From NCBI GenBank assembly GCA_964016885.1, contig OZ024751.1, positions 32,116,001 through 32,180,000 of the forward strand: 64,000 nt of DNA. Direction: 5' to 3'. The DNA is from Eledone cirrhosa (lineage: Eukaryota). This document shows, in pieces, positions 27,403-41,441 of this stretch. Made by a program: the position numbers and the translations under genes. Under the pieces are notes generated by a model, which saw only the letters and a program-made list of their open reading frames with translations, searched no databases and was not told the origin of the DNA. Positions within the stretch are counted from its first letter, which is position 1. Each line of letters opens with the position of its first letter.

Positions 27403-28594
27403 CAGGTGAAAGATTAAGAGAAGAGAGAGAAGAGAAGTGAAGAGAGAGAGGGGGGTTAATAGTAAGAGTTTGTGAAAGAGACAATAAAGGACGTGATTAT
27501 TGTGAACCTGTGTGTGTCACACAATCTATCAGAAATGGCTGACAAGATCTTGAAACGACATTCTACTAGGAAGGACATACATATTATATAACGTAGTCTT
27601 AACTACATTGTATCTGTAACATAGGATGTCTCAGCTTGCTGGATGAGAGGCTAAATAACAACAACAACGATAATAATGACAACAATGACAACAACAGCAG
27701 CAACGAGAAAAACGACAATGACAACACCAATGATAACAGCGACGACGGTGACAACAACAACAACAACAACATAACTTCTATTAATTTGCTCACAAATACC
27801 ACTACCTACTCTAACATGCCAACAAACAAACTACCACCGCCTCCACAAACATCCACATTAAATGAAGCTAATGTAGGAGTTTCTACGTCAGGGGTTGGGG
27901 GAGTTTCTTTAAATACCTGGTCTTGACTTGGAAGTGCGTAAGAAACTGTGAAAGGATGTATCTGTACTGAGAAAAATAATGAATTAATTTACAGGTGTGC
28001 GCGTGGTTAGACTAAGCCACCTTAATTAAAATGATATAGAGCATTAAAGAACCACGCAACATCCGAGACTCTGATTTAATCATACGTCTTACCTCACATC
28101 TTAAACAGAATGTGGCTTCAGCCCTGCGGCGTTGGCAGGTTTACAGATGTTGATTGGACTAATGATGTGAACATTCTTAATTGCTTTGCAAGATTTTTAT
28201 TATCCTTAAGTTAATGTTGAGAAAAATTAATTATAACGTGGGTAGAAAACAATTAAGACATATTCAATACGATATTCCTCAAAATTGAATATTTTTCAAT
28301 ATTTATACAGGTTTTACACACATTCAAAAAAATAGGTGAACTATTAAATTTGGATGTCAAAATAATATCCAATTGTAAATAGAATTGTAAACTCGGATTG
28401 TAAAGAACCAGGTGTTTCACCTGGCAATACATCAAATGAAATCTAGTACATTCAAGTTGATGATGATGATGTAAATTGAAACATACACTACCACCATGGC
28501 GTATATTTTAGAGAGATTATTCAGTTTGCGGTACTGAGACCGGGAAGACCACAAATCAGAGAAGTTCTAGATACATGGTATAATGCAGAGTGGG

Positions 28595-28714
28595 TATATT
28601 AATAAAAGTAGAGGATAGACCGCAAACTCGGCGGTTTCTGTTAGTTACCTCTTAGAACAGGTAACTAGCCGAAGCCGCCGAGCTCGCGGTCGATCCTCTG
28701 CTTTTACTAATATA
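28595..28714. repeat. Imperfect 55-bp-arm palindrome abutting (TA)n, a distant relative of the 22500/59617 family
   Basis: Arms are 28595-28650 and 28659-28714. It is preceded by the same AGAGTGGGTA motif. Confidence 0.75.
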
Positions 28715-30444
28715 TTTATATATATATATGATATATTCGTTGTTTTTCAATATAACTGGGATGGCGGACAGACGAAAAGGGAGAGTGGTTTCACACATAC
28801 ACACACACACATATGTATATATATCCACTCTCTCAGACATAGATAAGCACACATTCATATACACATGTGCATATGCTCTCCTCAGACACAGATACACACA
28901 CGTACACATGTACACTCTCAGACTCAGACAGACAGATCTACAGATCTACAGACAAACGAACAAACAGACCAGATCTTTCGACAAGCCAGACAGACACATC
29001 TATCAACACATCACAACTCTCCCTCCTTTCGTTTCCTCCTCCTCCTCTTCTCTTACACCAACAACAGACGTAAAGGGCAGTCTGGTCAAATATTCACTAT
29101 ACCATTTCCCCGGTATGATGTGAGTGCGGACAACCCCCCCCCCCCAAAAAAAAAAATTTCAAAAAGGAACCTTCACGAAAAAGAAACAAAAACATTGAAG
29201 GAGGGGTGGGGAGAACAATAATTTGTACCCGATAACCTTTTGACCTCAATTACTCAAATAAATCAAGTGTGAAAAGTGTTTATTTTAACCCCTAATGCAT
29301 TGTAAACTACCCCCTTCCACCAAGAATTGTATGTCCTTCTCTGTTTATTTGTAAATGATCCGAACGTTCACAATTTGTCAGCCGCCATAATGGTGAGTGA
29401 GCTTTATATATAATATAGGGAACCGGTGGTTGGGGTTGTGGGGGTAGGGGTGTTAGTGGTGGTGGTGGTGGTGGTGGTGGTGGTGTATGTGTGTGTGTGT
29501 GTAGGGGTGGGGTGGTGGTGGTAGTTAATGGTGACGAAGGAGACTTAAAACCCGAAGAACAGGTGATGTGTGTGTTGCTTGAGAAACAATTCAAACTCTT
29601 CCTGCACGGTTGTTGGAAAAATTCCATAAAAATGAGCCCAACATTTCGGAGTAGTGCTTCGGATTATCTCGAGAAAGCAGGTACAATAGAAGTTAGAAAT
29701 ACTGTCGACCTCGTATATATGACAGACAGTATTTGAACTCGGAGCTCAGATTAGAGATGAGAGAAACTCCAATGTTTAATCTGATGTAGTGAAACTGCTG
29801 CTTTGTCTTTCTAAGAATGTCTTGCACTTTATGTGGAACAGAACGTCAAGAGTTAAAATTCAAAATTTTGATGTAGTAAATAAACTAACCGCAATTAAAA
29901 TAATAAAACACTAGTAAGCGGTGAACCTGAAAAGTATATATATGTATATATATATATATATAAATAAAATGTATAATATACATATATACATACGTACACA
30001 CAGGCACACAGACACACATACACATATGTATATATATATATATATATATAGACATAATGTGCATATGTGTATATGATTTGCCTGTAGGTCATTTCTAATT
30101 TCATTAGTTGATAATTTAATATGATATTCAATAGGATTCTTACTTTAGGATTACAATTTTAAAGTACAAGTAGTCCAAATTAATAAAAATAGTAATAATA
30201 GAAGCATGCAGTCATACAAAAGTAGCGTAATCCGCTATTTGTAGCCCCATCTGGTAAGCTGCATTTATATAGCAGTGGTAGTAGTGGTGGTGGTGGTAGT
30301 AGTAGTAGTATTAGTAGTAGTAGTGGCGTTAGTGGTGGTGGTGGTGGACGTGGCAGTAATAGTAGTAGTTGTAGAGGTGGAAGTTGAATCTGTTGTTCAT
30401 ATTGTTGACATATGACCCAAGCCATTCTAAATATGCCCATCCTA

Positions 30445-30585
30445 TCTTTTTAGGGATGTGAGTCGTTAGAATGTCAAATAGAATGCTTTGCGGTATTTGT
30501 TTCAGCCCTCCGCTCTTTGAGTTCAAATCCCACCGATCTCAACTTTGCCTTTCATCCATTCGAGGTCAATAAAAAAGTACCAGTC
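30445..30585 (+). mobile_element. tRNA-derived SINE with a Meta-like central domain
   Basis: GAGTTCAAATCC B box followed by GCCTTTCATCC..GAGGTCAATAAAAAAGTACCAG. An opposite-strand copy is at about 30860-30995. Confidence 0.7.
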
Positions 30586-31240
30586 CTGTCGATTCTTCCT
30601 CTATATCTCTTTCTCGTTTCCATTCTCTCACTCTCTATCATTCTCTGGAAGAAATCTGCTGTGTTCAGACCTGGAGAGGAGATGGGCTCCGTCAGAGATG
30701 GGCTCCGTCAGGTTTTAATATGCTCCAAGACACACCTTATGTCAATATCATTAGGATTTACGGGAGAAAGGTAAAGTATGAACTACGTATATAATCCAAT
30801 AATCCAATATTTATTTTCATTTTTGATTTGAGGGAGATTTAGTTGTTATTTCTAGCTGGCCTTTTTTATTATCGACCTTGAATGGATGAAAGGCAAAGTT
30901 GACCTCTGCGGGATTTGAACTGAGAAAGTAGAGAGCCGAAACGAATAATGCAAACCATTATAAAAGACGTTCTAACGACTCTGCCAATTCGTCAGCCTCA
31001 CATTTGATTGTTATTCTCACCAGAGACGGATTAAGCCTTGCATGCCCGCCCCACAAACATTTCATTAGGGTACTTGAATGAAACTGATTTATTATATTAA
31101 TATATTTATGTGTGGCAGTGAAAAAATTAATATGGAGCCTCTTAAGAATTGTGGGGCACCTATATGTATGCACGTATGTATGTATATATTATTGTAAGTA
31201 TGTGTATGTATGTACGTGTATGTATGTACGTGTATGTAAG

Positions 31241-31300
<60 letters not shown>

Positions 31301-31480
31301 GTATGTGTATATGTACGAATGAATGTATATATGCAAAGTGATGACAGCGACTTTGAAATTCCACCTATCATCAACCCTGTCAGACTGATGAAGTCAATAA
31401 AAATCACTGTCAACCTATACTCCACTTGTATATATCAAATATATATTATGTATGAATAGACATGAAATACACACATTTAA

Positions 31481-31548
<68 letters not shown>

Positions 31549-31629
31549 TCACACACACACATACATATATGTATATACATGCCTTGATTTATTTTCATGC
31601 GTCATTTCGTTTCCATTATATTACATATA

Positions 31630-31840
31630 GGTGACTGGTCTCGGGCCACTTCCACTCAGACATTTTCGATTCATTTCTTTCCCCTCTATCCGTCAGCCAT
31701 ATTGCGTCTCATCCTCCCCTCAATTCTCCCATTCCACCCACTGTTCCCTCAGGAATTCTTTCCCTATGCACATGTCTTTCCAGCAATCGTCAACTTGCAA
31801 CACTTTAAGCGGAACTGGAACGTTTACGGCATCAATCTCC
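31630..31840 (+). pseudogene. CR1/Jockey-group LINE 3' relic
   Basis: FFPYAHVFPAIVNLQHFKRN resembles the SFFP..WN.LP..FP..NL..FK ORF2 terminus. Compare 42595-42849. Confidence 0.45.
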
Positions 31841-32299
31841 GTGGTCTCGGAGGGTTGGAGGAAGCTAAGGTCACTGCCACTGTCTCCACACCTGACTAAT
31901 AAAGATAACGAAATGCTACAAATTGGTTGTAACTCGACACTATATTTAAATAATTTGAGGAAAAAAATATACATGATTAATATATATTCATCCGTCCGTG
32001 GGCCCTTAACTTCTGATTGAGTCGTAGGGGCGCCATATGATGACACACCATGAGTTTTGCGCATTTAAATCTGGTGGATCCCATTCCTTTCCAGATCTGA
32101 ACACAATCAATTTCTTCCAGGCGAAGTAAAAATGAGACATAGAAGAAGAATCAACCTAAGTGGTAGACTGGTACTTACTTTATAGGTCTCGTTTTGTCGA
32201 AGCGCTAAGTTACGGACGTATACAAACAGAGACAGTGACATACACACATATTATATATATATATGTGTGTGTGTACATATATATCATTATTATCATCAT

Positions 32300-32468
32300 C
32301 ATCGGTAGAGGGTCGGACGCCATGCTTTGCAGCATAGAGTTACGGCCCTTTATGATCTGAGTTCAAATCCCGCCGAGGTTAACTTTGCCTTTCATCCTTA
32401 CGGGGTCGATAAAGTACCAGTAATGCACTGAGATAATTGCTGGCCTTGTGCCAAAAGTAGAAATAATT
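32300..32468 (+). mobile_element. tRNA-derived SINE (Meta-like domain)
   Basis: Near-identical to 57087-57270 and 49700-49870. Confidence 0.85.
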
Positions 32469-32469
32469 A

Positions 32470-32882
<413 letters not shown>

Positions 32883-33562
32883 CGAGGTTGTGTGCAGGAG
32901 AGAAGACTGCGTTGGTACGAATATGTTCACACACCCCACACACACACATATACACATATTTATATACTTGTAAAATCACACCACCGTGCCTACACCTGAT
33001 ATAATAACAGTTTTGCAACGGAATAGTTTGAGGAAAAATACCTGGATTTGGTCAATGAACTGAGGAAATTGGGGAACATACCATTGAAAGTTTTCTGTAT
33101 TGCCATAGGAACAATTGTTCAAGGAAGAGAGAGAGAGAGAGATGGGGGGATGCGAATAAGGCAGAAAGCGAGGGCGGGTGAGGAAGGGCGAAGATGGGCG
33201 AGTGGCAATCATGATAGCTGAGGTACTGAAAGCTGTCATCTTTTATTATATAAGAATTTTTGACAAAGTTCTTGAGGGAGATTCAAGATATTTGCTGTCA
33301 GTAAGTCTCAAAGCGCGAGTCCCTAGATGGGATCAACCTGAGACCGTTATTGTTATAATATATCTTATTCCACTCTTCTCTAAATTTCCAAGAACAATTG
33401 CTCATACGCACGCAATCACATTCACAAGATTACACACATTAACACACAATCACATACACGTACACATAAACATACACACATACACATATACATATAATGT
33501 AGGTTGTCTCATACATAATACACACACACGCACACACACACGCACACACATACGCGCACACA

Positions 33563-33652
<90 letters not shown>

Positions 33653-33883
33653 AATACTTATGTCTGCGTGTGTATATATATGTTCTCTGCTTTATTGCTT
33701 TATGTATTGAGTTCTCTATCCCCAGTTCGTAAAACCAAATGTAATTATATGTATGTATGCAATATATATATGTATGTATACATGTAATGTAATGTATGTA
33801 TATAAACACACACACATATATATATATATCCATACAGTCTGCCATAAACGTACATACGACTGTCTGACTATCCATCTATCTAT

Positions 33884-35886
33884 TCCACCTCATGCGATAC
33901 ATCATAGAGAGGGTTGGGAACGAACCCGGCTTTGGTGGGGCTCTGATCAACTTGGATCAATCTAAGGCGTTCGATAGGGTCGACCATGGTTACCTGGATG
34001 CGGTGCTAGCGGCGGCAGGCTTCGGACCCGTTTTCAGGGGCTGGATCACTGCTATGCACAGCGACCGCATCTGCTGTAGGGTCAAGGTGAACGGCTACCT
34101 CTCGGAGCCGTTCAAAATCGCGCGGTCCATCCGACAAGGGTGCCCTCTCTCCTCCCTTCTGTATGTGTTGACTCTCGAGCCACTACTGCGGAAGTTGGAG
34201 TTGTTGCAGGGCATCCCTTTGGAACCGGGATTGCGGAAAGCGGTGTCGGCCTACGCCGATGACGTGACAGTAATGGTGTCGACGGCCTCCGAAATCGAGG
34301 CGGTCGGCACCTTACTGGAGGAGTACGAAAGGTTCACAGGGGCTAAGCTGAACCGGGACAAGTCGATCGGTTTGCAACTCGGCACGTGGAGGGGCAGACC
34401 GATGCCCTCCGATGGCCTCGTCGGACGCTGGACGGAGGGCCCGGTGAAGTTGCTCGGGGTCTGGTTCGGACCGGACCTCCAGGTGGAGAAAAACTGGGCG
34501 GAGGTTACGAACAGGGTGTTTGCACTGACCCAGAAGTGGGCCAGTTGCAAACTATCCCTGAAAGGTCGGGCGGAGGTGGCGAACACCTATATAGCGTCCG
34601 TCATCTACTACCGCCTGACCGTAGTGCCCTGCCCAAGGGAAACCCTCACCAAGATGGAGCGCGCGCTCTTCCAATTCCTTTGGAAGAGGCGGTGAGGAGA
34701 TCCATCTGCTGTCAACACCCTTCGAAAGGAGGGCTGGGGATGCCGTGGCTAATGATGCGTAAACACGCATTAAGGCTACGGCACCTCTACGTATTCCTCA
34801 CCGGTCAACCGGTGTGGGCCTCGTTTGTGAGACGAACCTTTCCCAGACTCGTCTCACTCACCGAGCTGCAATCCTGGGTCAAGCAAAGACCGAGAAAACT
34901 GGGCGCCTGGCACACCGAGTGTGCCCAGGCGCTCACCGCCCTCTTACAGGCGGATCCGGTTATCAGTGGAGACTCCACCGCAACATTCTATAGAGGGCTG
35001 GTACGCAGCAGGTGCGACGACGCCCTCGGAGAAGCCCTAGACATGGAGGAGGACGAACTGGCCAGCCTGTTCGGTAGGACATTCAGCCCGGGACCTATGG
35101 ACAACTTCCAGAAGTCCCTGGCCTGGCAGTGCTACCGAGGGGCTTTACCCGTTCGAGAAAGGCTCTACAGACACGGGCGCCCGGGTAGGGACCCCGCCAA
35201 AAAGATCTGTCCCAGATGCGTGTGCGACGAGGAAACCGTTGCACACGCATTGGTACACTGCTCGGGCGTAGCCGATCTGTGGGGCTATGTCGAACAACTG
35301 CTGTCAAGGGTGGGACCGATCCGGTTGACCACCGAGTCTATTGTAATGATCAAGCCGCCTCCCCCCTTCAAAGATGAAGCAGAGGCGGTGTTTCTGTGCG
35401 TAATAGCCATGGCGAAAGAGGTTGTATGGTGGACGCGTCTGAAAGGACTGAGGTCATACACCTTTCTCTCTGGCCAACAACTGGTCCGTTTCTTCCGATA
35501 TCATTTCGGAAGAAGGATCAGGATGGAGAGAGAGGTGCTCCAACCCAGTCGTTTTTATGAAAGGTGGGTGAAAGTGGCGAGAATGGCCCGTGTGATTGGC
35601 CTTCTCTTTACATAAGCCTGTAGGTGGAAAAGAGGAAGGAACGAGGGAGCACCCCCTCTCTGTGCTCCTGAGGAAAAGGGTTGCACACTTTTTTCGGGGG
35701 TGTGTGCGACCCCCCAAGGCGCCTCCTCTCTATTGAGGATTTTGTTATAAATTTTATTTTTTGTTATATTTTATTTTATTTTTATATTTTATTATTGCCT
35801 CCTCCTTATTGAGGACGCCTTTTTGTGTAAACTCCCCCCTTTGTACTTGTCCCACTTTTGATGCCCTGGTGGCAAATAAAAAAACA
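33884..35886 (+). mobile_element. 5'-truncated Tx1-clade LINE, same family as 1261-3388
   Basis: ORF 33892..34695 has DQSKAFDRVDH, QGCPLS and YADD. ORF 34386..35615 has CPRC..ETVAHALVHC. A small deletion near 34690 shifts the frame. TATC repeats lie at both junctions. Confidence 0.94.
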
Positions 35887-35927
<41 letters not shown>

Positions 35928-36001
35928 GTCTCTGCCTTTTATCTTTCCATATAACTGTCCATGTCTGTCTGTCAATCTCTCTCCCATTTTCCCTCTTATA
36001 C

Positions 36002-36047
<46 letters not shown>

Positions 36048-36286
36048 TCTCTCTCTCTCTCTCGCCAACACTTAATTAGGCTGTTAAAGTGTCGAATTTT
36101 ATCTGACCTTTGACAGGTCAATTTGCGTTTCATTGTTTACGACGATTCAATATGGAGGTGGTGGGGAGGGGATGCTGAATATGTGTGTGTGTGTGTGCAT
36201 ATGTGTAGGGGTGTGTGTTTATATGTTTATATGTGTATATGAGTGCAGGGATGAGTATGTATTTTAAATGTGGCTGGACATACGTT

Positions 36287-36318
<32 letters not shown>

Positions 36319-36536
36319 TGTATGTATGTATGTATGTATGTATGTATGTATGTATCTATGTATGTATGTAAGTGTGTATGTAGGTATTGATATATGAATG
36401 AATGGATATATATGTATATGTGATTACAAGCGTATTTGTATTTCGCGTATTATACTGATTTGATGTATATCACATATACATATATGCTCTTTCTCACACG
36501 GACATGCAGACACGCATCTATCACTCCTCTCTATCC

Positions 36537-36615
<79 letters not shown>

Positions 36616-36834
36616 TACATATTCACATATATACATATTCACATATATCATTTGAAAATTATTGGCATATATATATATATATACACATGCATATACATAT
36701 ATTTCATTGGTAAATTATTGGCATATATATTCATTATATTATGTATATATATATATATATACAAATAAAATTATCGAAAATCGGAACTTTGGCCCACGAA
36801 ATAACGAAAAACAATCAATCTCCGAAATGTGTGG

Positions 36835-36872
<38 letters not shown>

Positions 36873-37369
36873 TTATAATAAAATAACAGAAAGCTGGACT
36901 TGTGTAAATCCAGTGGTGAACGTTCAAACCTAAATATATATATATATATATATATATATAGCAATAATGTTCCAAGAAGAAGAAAAGAGAAAAGCAAAGA
37001 ACGATGTAGCGAGACAGACATAAAATATAGAAGTCCCTCATCGACTGCTCCCTGGATAGATCATAATGATTTCGAGTTAATCTTTTATTGGTTTCAGTCA
37101 CTCACCAGTGGCCATGCTGAGTCACCGCCTTCAAGTGGTTTTAGTTCATCATATCGTCAGTATATATTTGAGTCTGGTGCTTATTTTATTTATCTTTGTT
37201 TATCTAACCATTAAGGTCCAGGTAATTGAAAAAAACCCAACACTGATTTAAATGTAACACAGATATACACATAAACATGCGTATAATGAATTTAAAATGT
37301 AAAAGTTGTAAACTTCCACACCCTAACTGTTTTACCCATGCAAAGTAGGACAATCTCCCATCGGCTTAC

Positions 37370-37452
37370 TAATGGGTCGTCAAGTATGAAATTTGTAGAA
37401 ATTTATTGAAAAATAACAAATTTCTACAAATTTCATACTTGACGACCCAATA
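37370..37452. mobile_element. About 80-bp palindromic mariner-type MITE (MADE1-like architecture)
   Basis: Perfect 32-bp arms TGGGTCGTCAAGTATGAAATTTGTAGAAATTT at 37373-37404 and 37418-37449, with TA at the ends. Confidence 0.7.
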
Positions 37453-37454
37453 TA

Positions 37455-37601
37455 TACATTTACAATGTATGCACAAATATATATATATGTATGTTTATTT
37501 ATATATATGTGCACACACATATACACACATATATATATTTACAATATGTGCACACACACATATGCGTACGTATCTATATTTATATATGTGCACACACACG
37601 T

Positions 37602-37633
<32 letters not shown>

Positions 37634-37845
37634 TTACAATGTGTGCATACACATATACGTATGTATGTATATTTATATATGTGCACACACACACTCATAC
37701 ACACGCACATATATATATATATTTACAATGTGTGCACACACATATACGTATGTATGTATATTTATATATGTGCACACATATACACACACATATATATATA
37801 TTTACAATGTGTGCACACACATATACGTATGTATGTATATGTATA
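37455..37845. repeat. Compound-microsatellite minisatellite, about 80-95-bp unit, five copies
   Basis: TTTACAAT...TGTGCACAC recurs at about 37459, 37538, 37633, 37722 and 37801. Confidence 0.8.
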
Positions 37846-38093
37846 CATGTACCACCCACCCACACACTCACACACACGTACACATAGACATATATATTTG
37901 TGTGTGTAACTGCATACTCAATTATATTGCGCATATTTTTTTGTTGCGCAATATTTCATTGTACTTAAGTAATTAAGTTTCAAAATATATATACATTTAC
38001 ATATTTATTTATTACATATTTATACATATACATACACACGCATGCACGCATGCATACATACACACATATTTACATATTTACATACATACATAC

Positions 38094-38124
<31 letters not shown>

Positions 38125-38142
38125 CATACATACATACATACA

Positions 38143-38730
38143 TGGTGGGTGGCTGCCAACTCGTTTTCGAGTACGGCCACTACTTTATATCCATGTAGGA
38201 GAACCCCCACCGATGCACTGAACGAGTGTGACTTTTTAGTCCAGCCAGCGACTTTAAAAACTCTGGTACAAATACTACACTTGTGACAATTATTGACACA
38301 TAGTGCTGGGCCCATGGTACCATGTGACGACAAGTGCAGAGAGATCTCCAGATATAAAGCAATGCCTGTGCCGTGAAGCTTTTATAGTCCCACTCTCTTA
38401 ACCAAGATGATATTTACCAAAAAGAAGAACAAGTCAACATCATTGGATACCATCAGGGTTGCAGGTGTTTTATCAGAGTTTTCCTTCTCCTAGAATTCTG
38501 CCTTGACAAAGACTAAGGGGTCATCTCTCCCAGTGATTTTGGATGGCCATTGAATCTTAAGAGCTCCTTTGCCCTTTGACAGGTTTTGTTTTTAGTCCTG
38601 CAGCATGTCGAAAGTCACCTTCCTCACCAAGTAACCTTGGTGGGGTTGCCAGTTTAGTCGCCAACGACCCGACCATGAGACAGGTTGTACTGGAATACAT
38701 GTTACCAGTAGCACCAACTGGTGACCTGAT
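38143..38730 (-). mobile_element. Non-autonomous bipartite RTE element (5' UTR fused to 3' C2H2 end), 5' part inverted, (TATG)n tail
   Basis: The minus strand encodes CSICTRVFK/SLAGLKSHTRSVH. It contains the RTE-like UTR motif CTAGGAGAAGGAAAACTC and shares segments with 45452-45605. Confidence 0.7.
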
Positions 38731-38763
38731 ATGCATACATACATACATACATACATACATACA

Positions 38764-39090
38764 TGGTGGCTGCCAACTCGTTTTCGAGTACGGCCACTAC
38801 TTTATATCCATGTAGGAGAACCCCTACCGATACGCTGAACGAGTGTGACTTTTTAGTTCAGCCAGCGACTTGAAAACTCTGGTACAAACACTACACTTGT
38901 GACAATTATTGACACATAGTGCTGGGCCCATGGTACCATGTGACGACAAGTGCAGAGAGATCTCCAGATATAAAGCAATGCCTGTGCCATAAAGCTTTTA
39001 TAGTGAGCAAAGGCACTGCACAAAGCCAGTCCCACTCTCTTAACCAAGATGATATTTACCAAAAAGAAGAACAAGTCAACATCATTGGAT
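38764..39090 (-). mobile_element. Second copy of the bipartite RTE element (3' part)
   Basis: Near-duplicate of 38143-38450. It encodes CSVCTRVFKSLAELKSHTRS and has (CATA)n on both sides. Confidence 0.75.
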
Positions 39091-39122
39091 ACATACATAC
39101 ATACATACATACATACATACAC

Positions 39123-39155
<33 letters not shown>

Positions 39156-39169
39156 CATAGTGTACATAC

Positions 39170-40986
39170 ATAGTGTACCTCATGGGTGGATTATTAAGGC
39201 TTTACAGTTAGCTAAAGTCCCACAACCATTGGTAGCTGCTGTTGAACGCCTGACCAAGAACTGGTACACCAATTTGATCCTTAGAGGTGAGAAGGAGCAG
39301 GTTAAGACTGATAGGATACATTACCAGAAGGGCATCTTTCAGGGTGATAGCTTGTCAGTACTACTCTTCGTTCTCTCACTGAATCCACTATCTTACCTAC
39401 TCAGGAAACAAGGTGGACAAAGAAGTGGGCCCAGAAGTATCTCCCATCTTTTCTTTGTTGATGACCTGAAGTTGTATGGGCCAAATATCAATGGCATCAA
39501 GAAACAATTGGACTTCATTACACAATTTTCAACCGACATCAAAATGAAATTTGGTGAGTCCAAGTGTGCATATTTGGCAGTAAAACGTGGAAGAGCTGTG
39601 CCCTCCTCTAGAAATCTAGAGATGAACGGCCTGACAATACAACCTCTGCAGTCAGGTGACAACTACAGATATCTTGGACAGGATGAGAATGTCAGATATG
39701 ATGGACCCATAAATAAGGAGAGAACCAGAACTGAATACCTCAGAAGAGTAAAAAAAATATGGTCATCAGAACTGTCAGCATACAACAAATACATTGCCCA
39801 CAATACCTACGCTGTGCCAATTCTAACGCCAACATTTGGCCTACTGAACTGGTCATTGCAAGAACTAAGTGAGATGGATGTTAGAACTCGAAAACTTCTC
39901 AGTGTTACTGGGAACTTTAACATCAATGGTGATGTGGATAGGCTATATTTCTCACGCAAGGAAGGTGGCCGGGGTCTAAAATCAATATTAACAACATATG
40001 AGACCCGGATAGTAACACTGAAGCAACACCTTCAACAGAGGAAAAAGGTTGGCGACCATCTTGCTCAGGTTTATGAGCATGAAAAAAGAAATATCATTAG
40101 AATAGCGACTGATCTGGAGGAGAGATATGGAATAAAGCCTGATATAAATCTCTCACCCAGAGAAATCGGAAGATCCTATTCAATGTTCAAACAAGAAAAA
40201 AAAATTGACCAATTTACAGAGAAAGTTGTGCATGGATACTTGAGGCGTAAAACACAGACCATAGAGGGGATAAACCACTCAAAAAGCCTGGCATGGAGTT
40301 CCGACAAGTTTATGACATCACACCTTGAGGGATATCTCTATGCAATACAGGAACAAGAACTCCCTACCAAATATCTGCTGCACAAAAGAGGAGGGCCAGC
40401 AGCTGACAATAAATGTAGGCTATGTAAAACAAAGATCGAGGATGTAAGCCACATTGTTGCCAGCTGCGAAAGAATGTCATCTCGCTACTACCTCCCCATG
40501 AGACACGATGGGATAGCTAGAACTATCTGGAACGCACTTCGGAAAACAAAATTAACAACAAACGAGGAAGAATATATTGAGACAGATGGCACTAAGGAAT
40601 ACTGGTGGAACCTGAAAATAAAAACTGCCACCAAATTAAAGCACAACCGGCCTGATATTGTAGTTTGGGACCACACATTGAAAACGTGTTCTGTTGTGGA
40701 GATCAGCTGCCCACTTGATGTAAACGTTGTCAGAAAAATACAGGAGAAGGAGGACATCTACGGACCATTGATGAGGAGTTTACAAATCCAGTATCCAAGA
40801 TACACCTTTAGCTTCATACCCGTTATTATTGGTGCTACGGGTTATATACCAACCCGCTTGGACCAAAGTATGACCGAACTTGGATTTGCGGACAAAAAGC
40901 GCAGCTCCCTAATTCATAGTCTACAAATGGCTGCGATAGCTGGCACCTTCAAAATTTGCAAAACATTCTTGCGATTCAAGGGATGA
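39170..40986 (+). CDS. 5'-truncated ORF of an R4/Dong-like non-LTR retrotransposon: RT, CCHC finger and restriction-like endonuclease
   Basis: Motifs KGIFQGDSLS, HLFFVDD, CRLCKTKIEDVSHIVASC, RHD, NRPDIVVWD...VEISCP and KEDIY. The frame is open for about 600 codons. The first ~40 aa of the listed ORF come from flanking repeat. Confidence 0.92.
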
Positions 40987-41067
40987 CAATTTCTTTTCTT
41001 TTACAACCTTGCCACCAGGAAGGTGGCCGGTCAAAAAAATATACTCGAAATTAAGAGAAAGAGAAAA
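39170..41067 (+). mobile_element. R4/Dong-like element inserted in (CATA)n
   Basis: A short 3' UTR ending GAGAAAA runs directly into (CATA)n, and (CATA)n also lies at the 5' junction. Confidence 0.9.
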
Positions 41068-41101
41068 CATACATACATACATACATACTTACATACATAC
41101 A

Positions 41102-41368
41102 TGATGGCTGCTCCCTCGTTATCGAGTATGGCCATTGCACGAAAAAAGAACATAGCAATAACAACAACAATAATAATAATAATAATTTAAAAAAATATAT
41201 ATATATACACACTCACACACATATACATATCTATATATACACACACACACAATAACACACATATAACATATATATCGGTGCTGCGTTCGAACGCAGACAT
41301 TCACTGGCAGTAGACGGCTGTGGTTGGAGTTCATGTACTTTTTCATGTCGTTTGAGCCCTCCTGCTAC
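41102..41368 (-). mobile_element. RTE 3' end fragment, interrupted by simple repeats
   Basis: AGGLKRHEKVH is the end of a C2H2 finger. The terminal hairpin at 41104-41135 is homologous to 38766-38798. Confidence 0.55.
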
Positions 41369-41441
41369 ATACATACATACATACATACATACATACATAC
41401 ATACATACATACATACATACATACATACATACATACATACA

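Noticed and set aside
27636-27926. Asn/Asp-rich ORF as a host exon
   Set aside because: Mostly a trinucleotide repeat, with no domain or clear splice signals.
39049-39169. N-terminus of the 645-aa ORF as a true start
   Set aside because: It derives from the antisense RTE fragment and (CATA)n. The element is truncated within RT.
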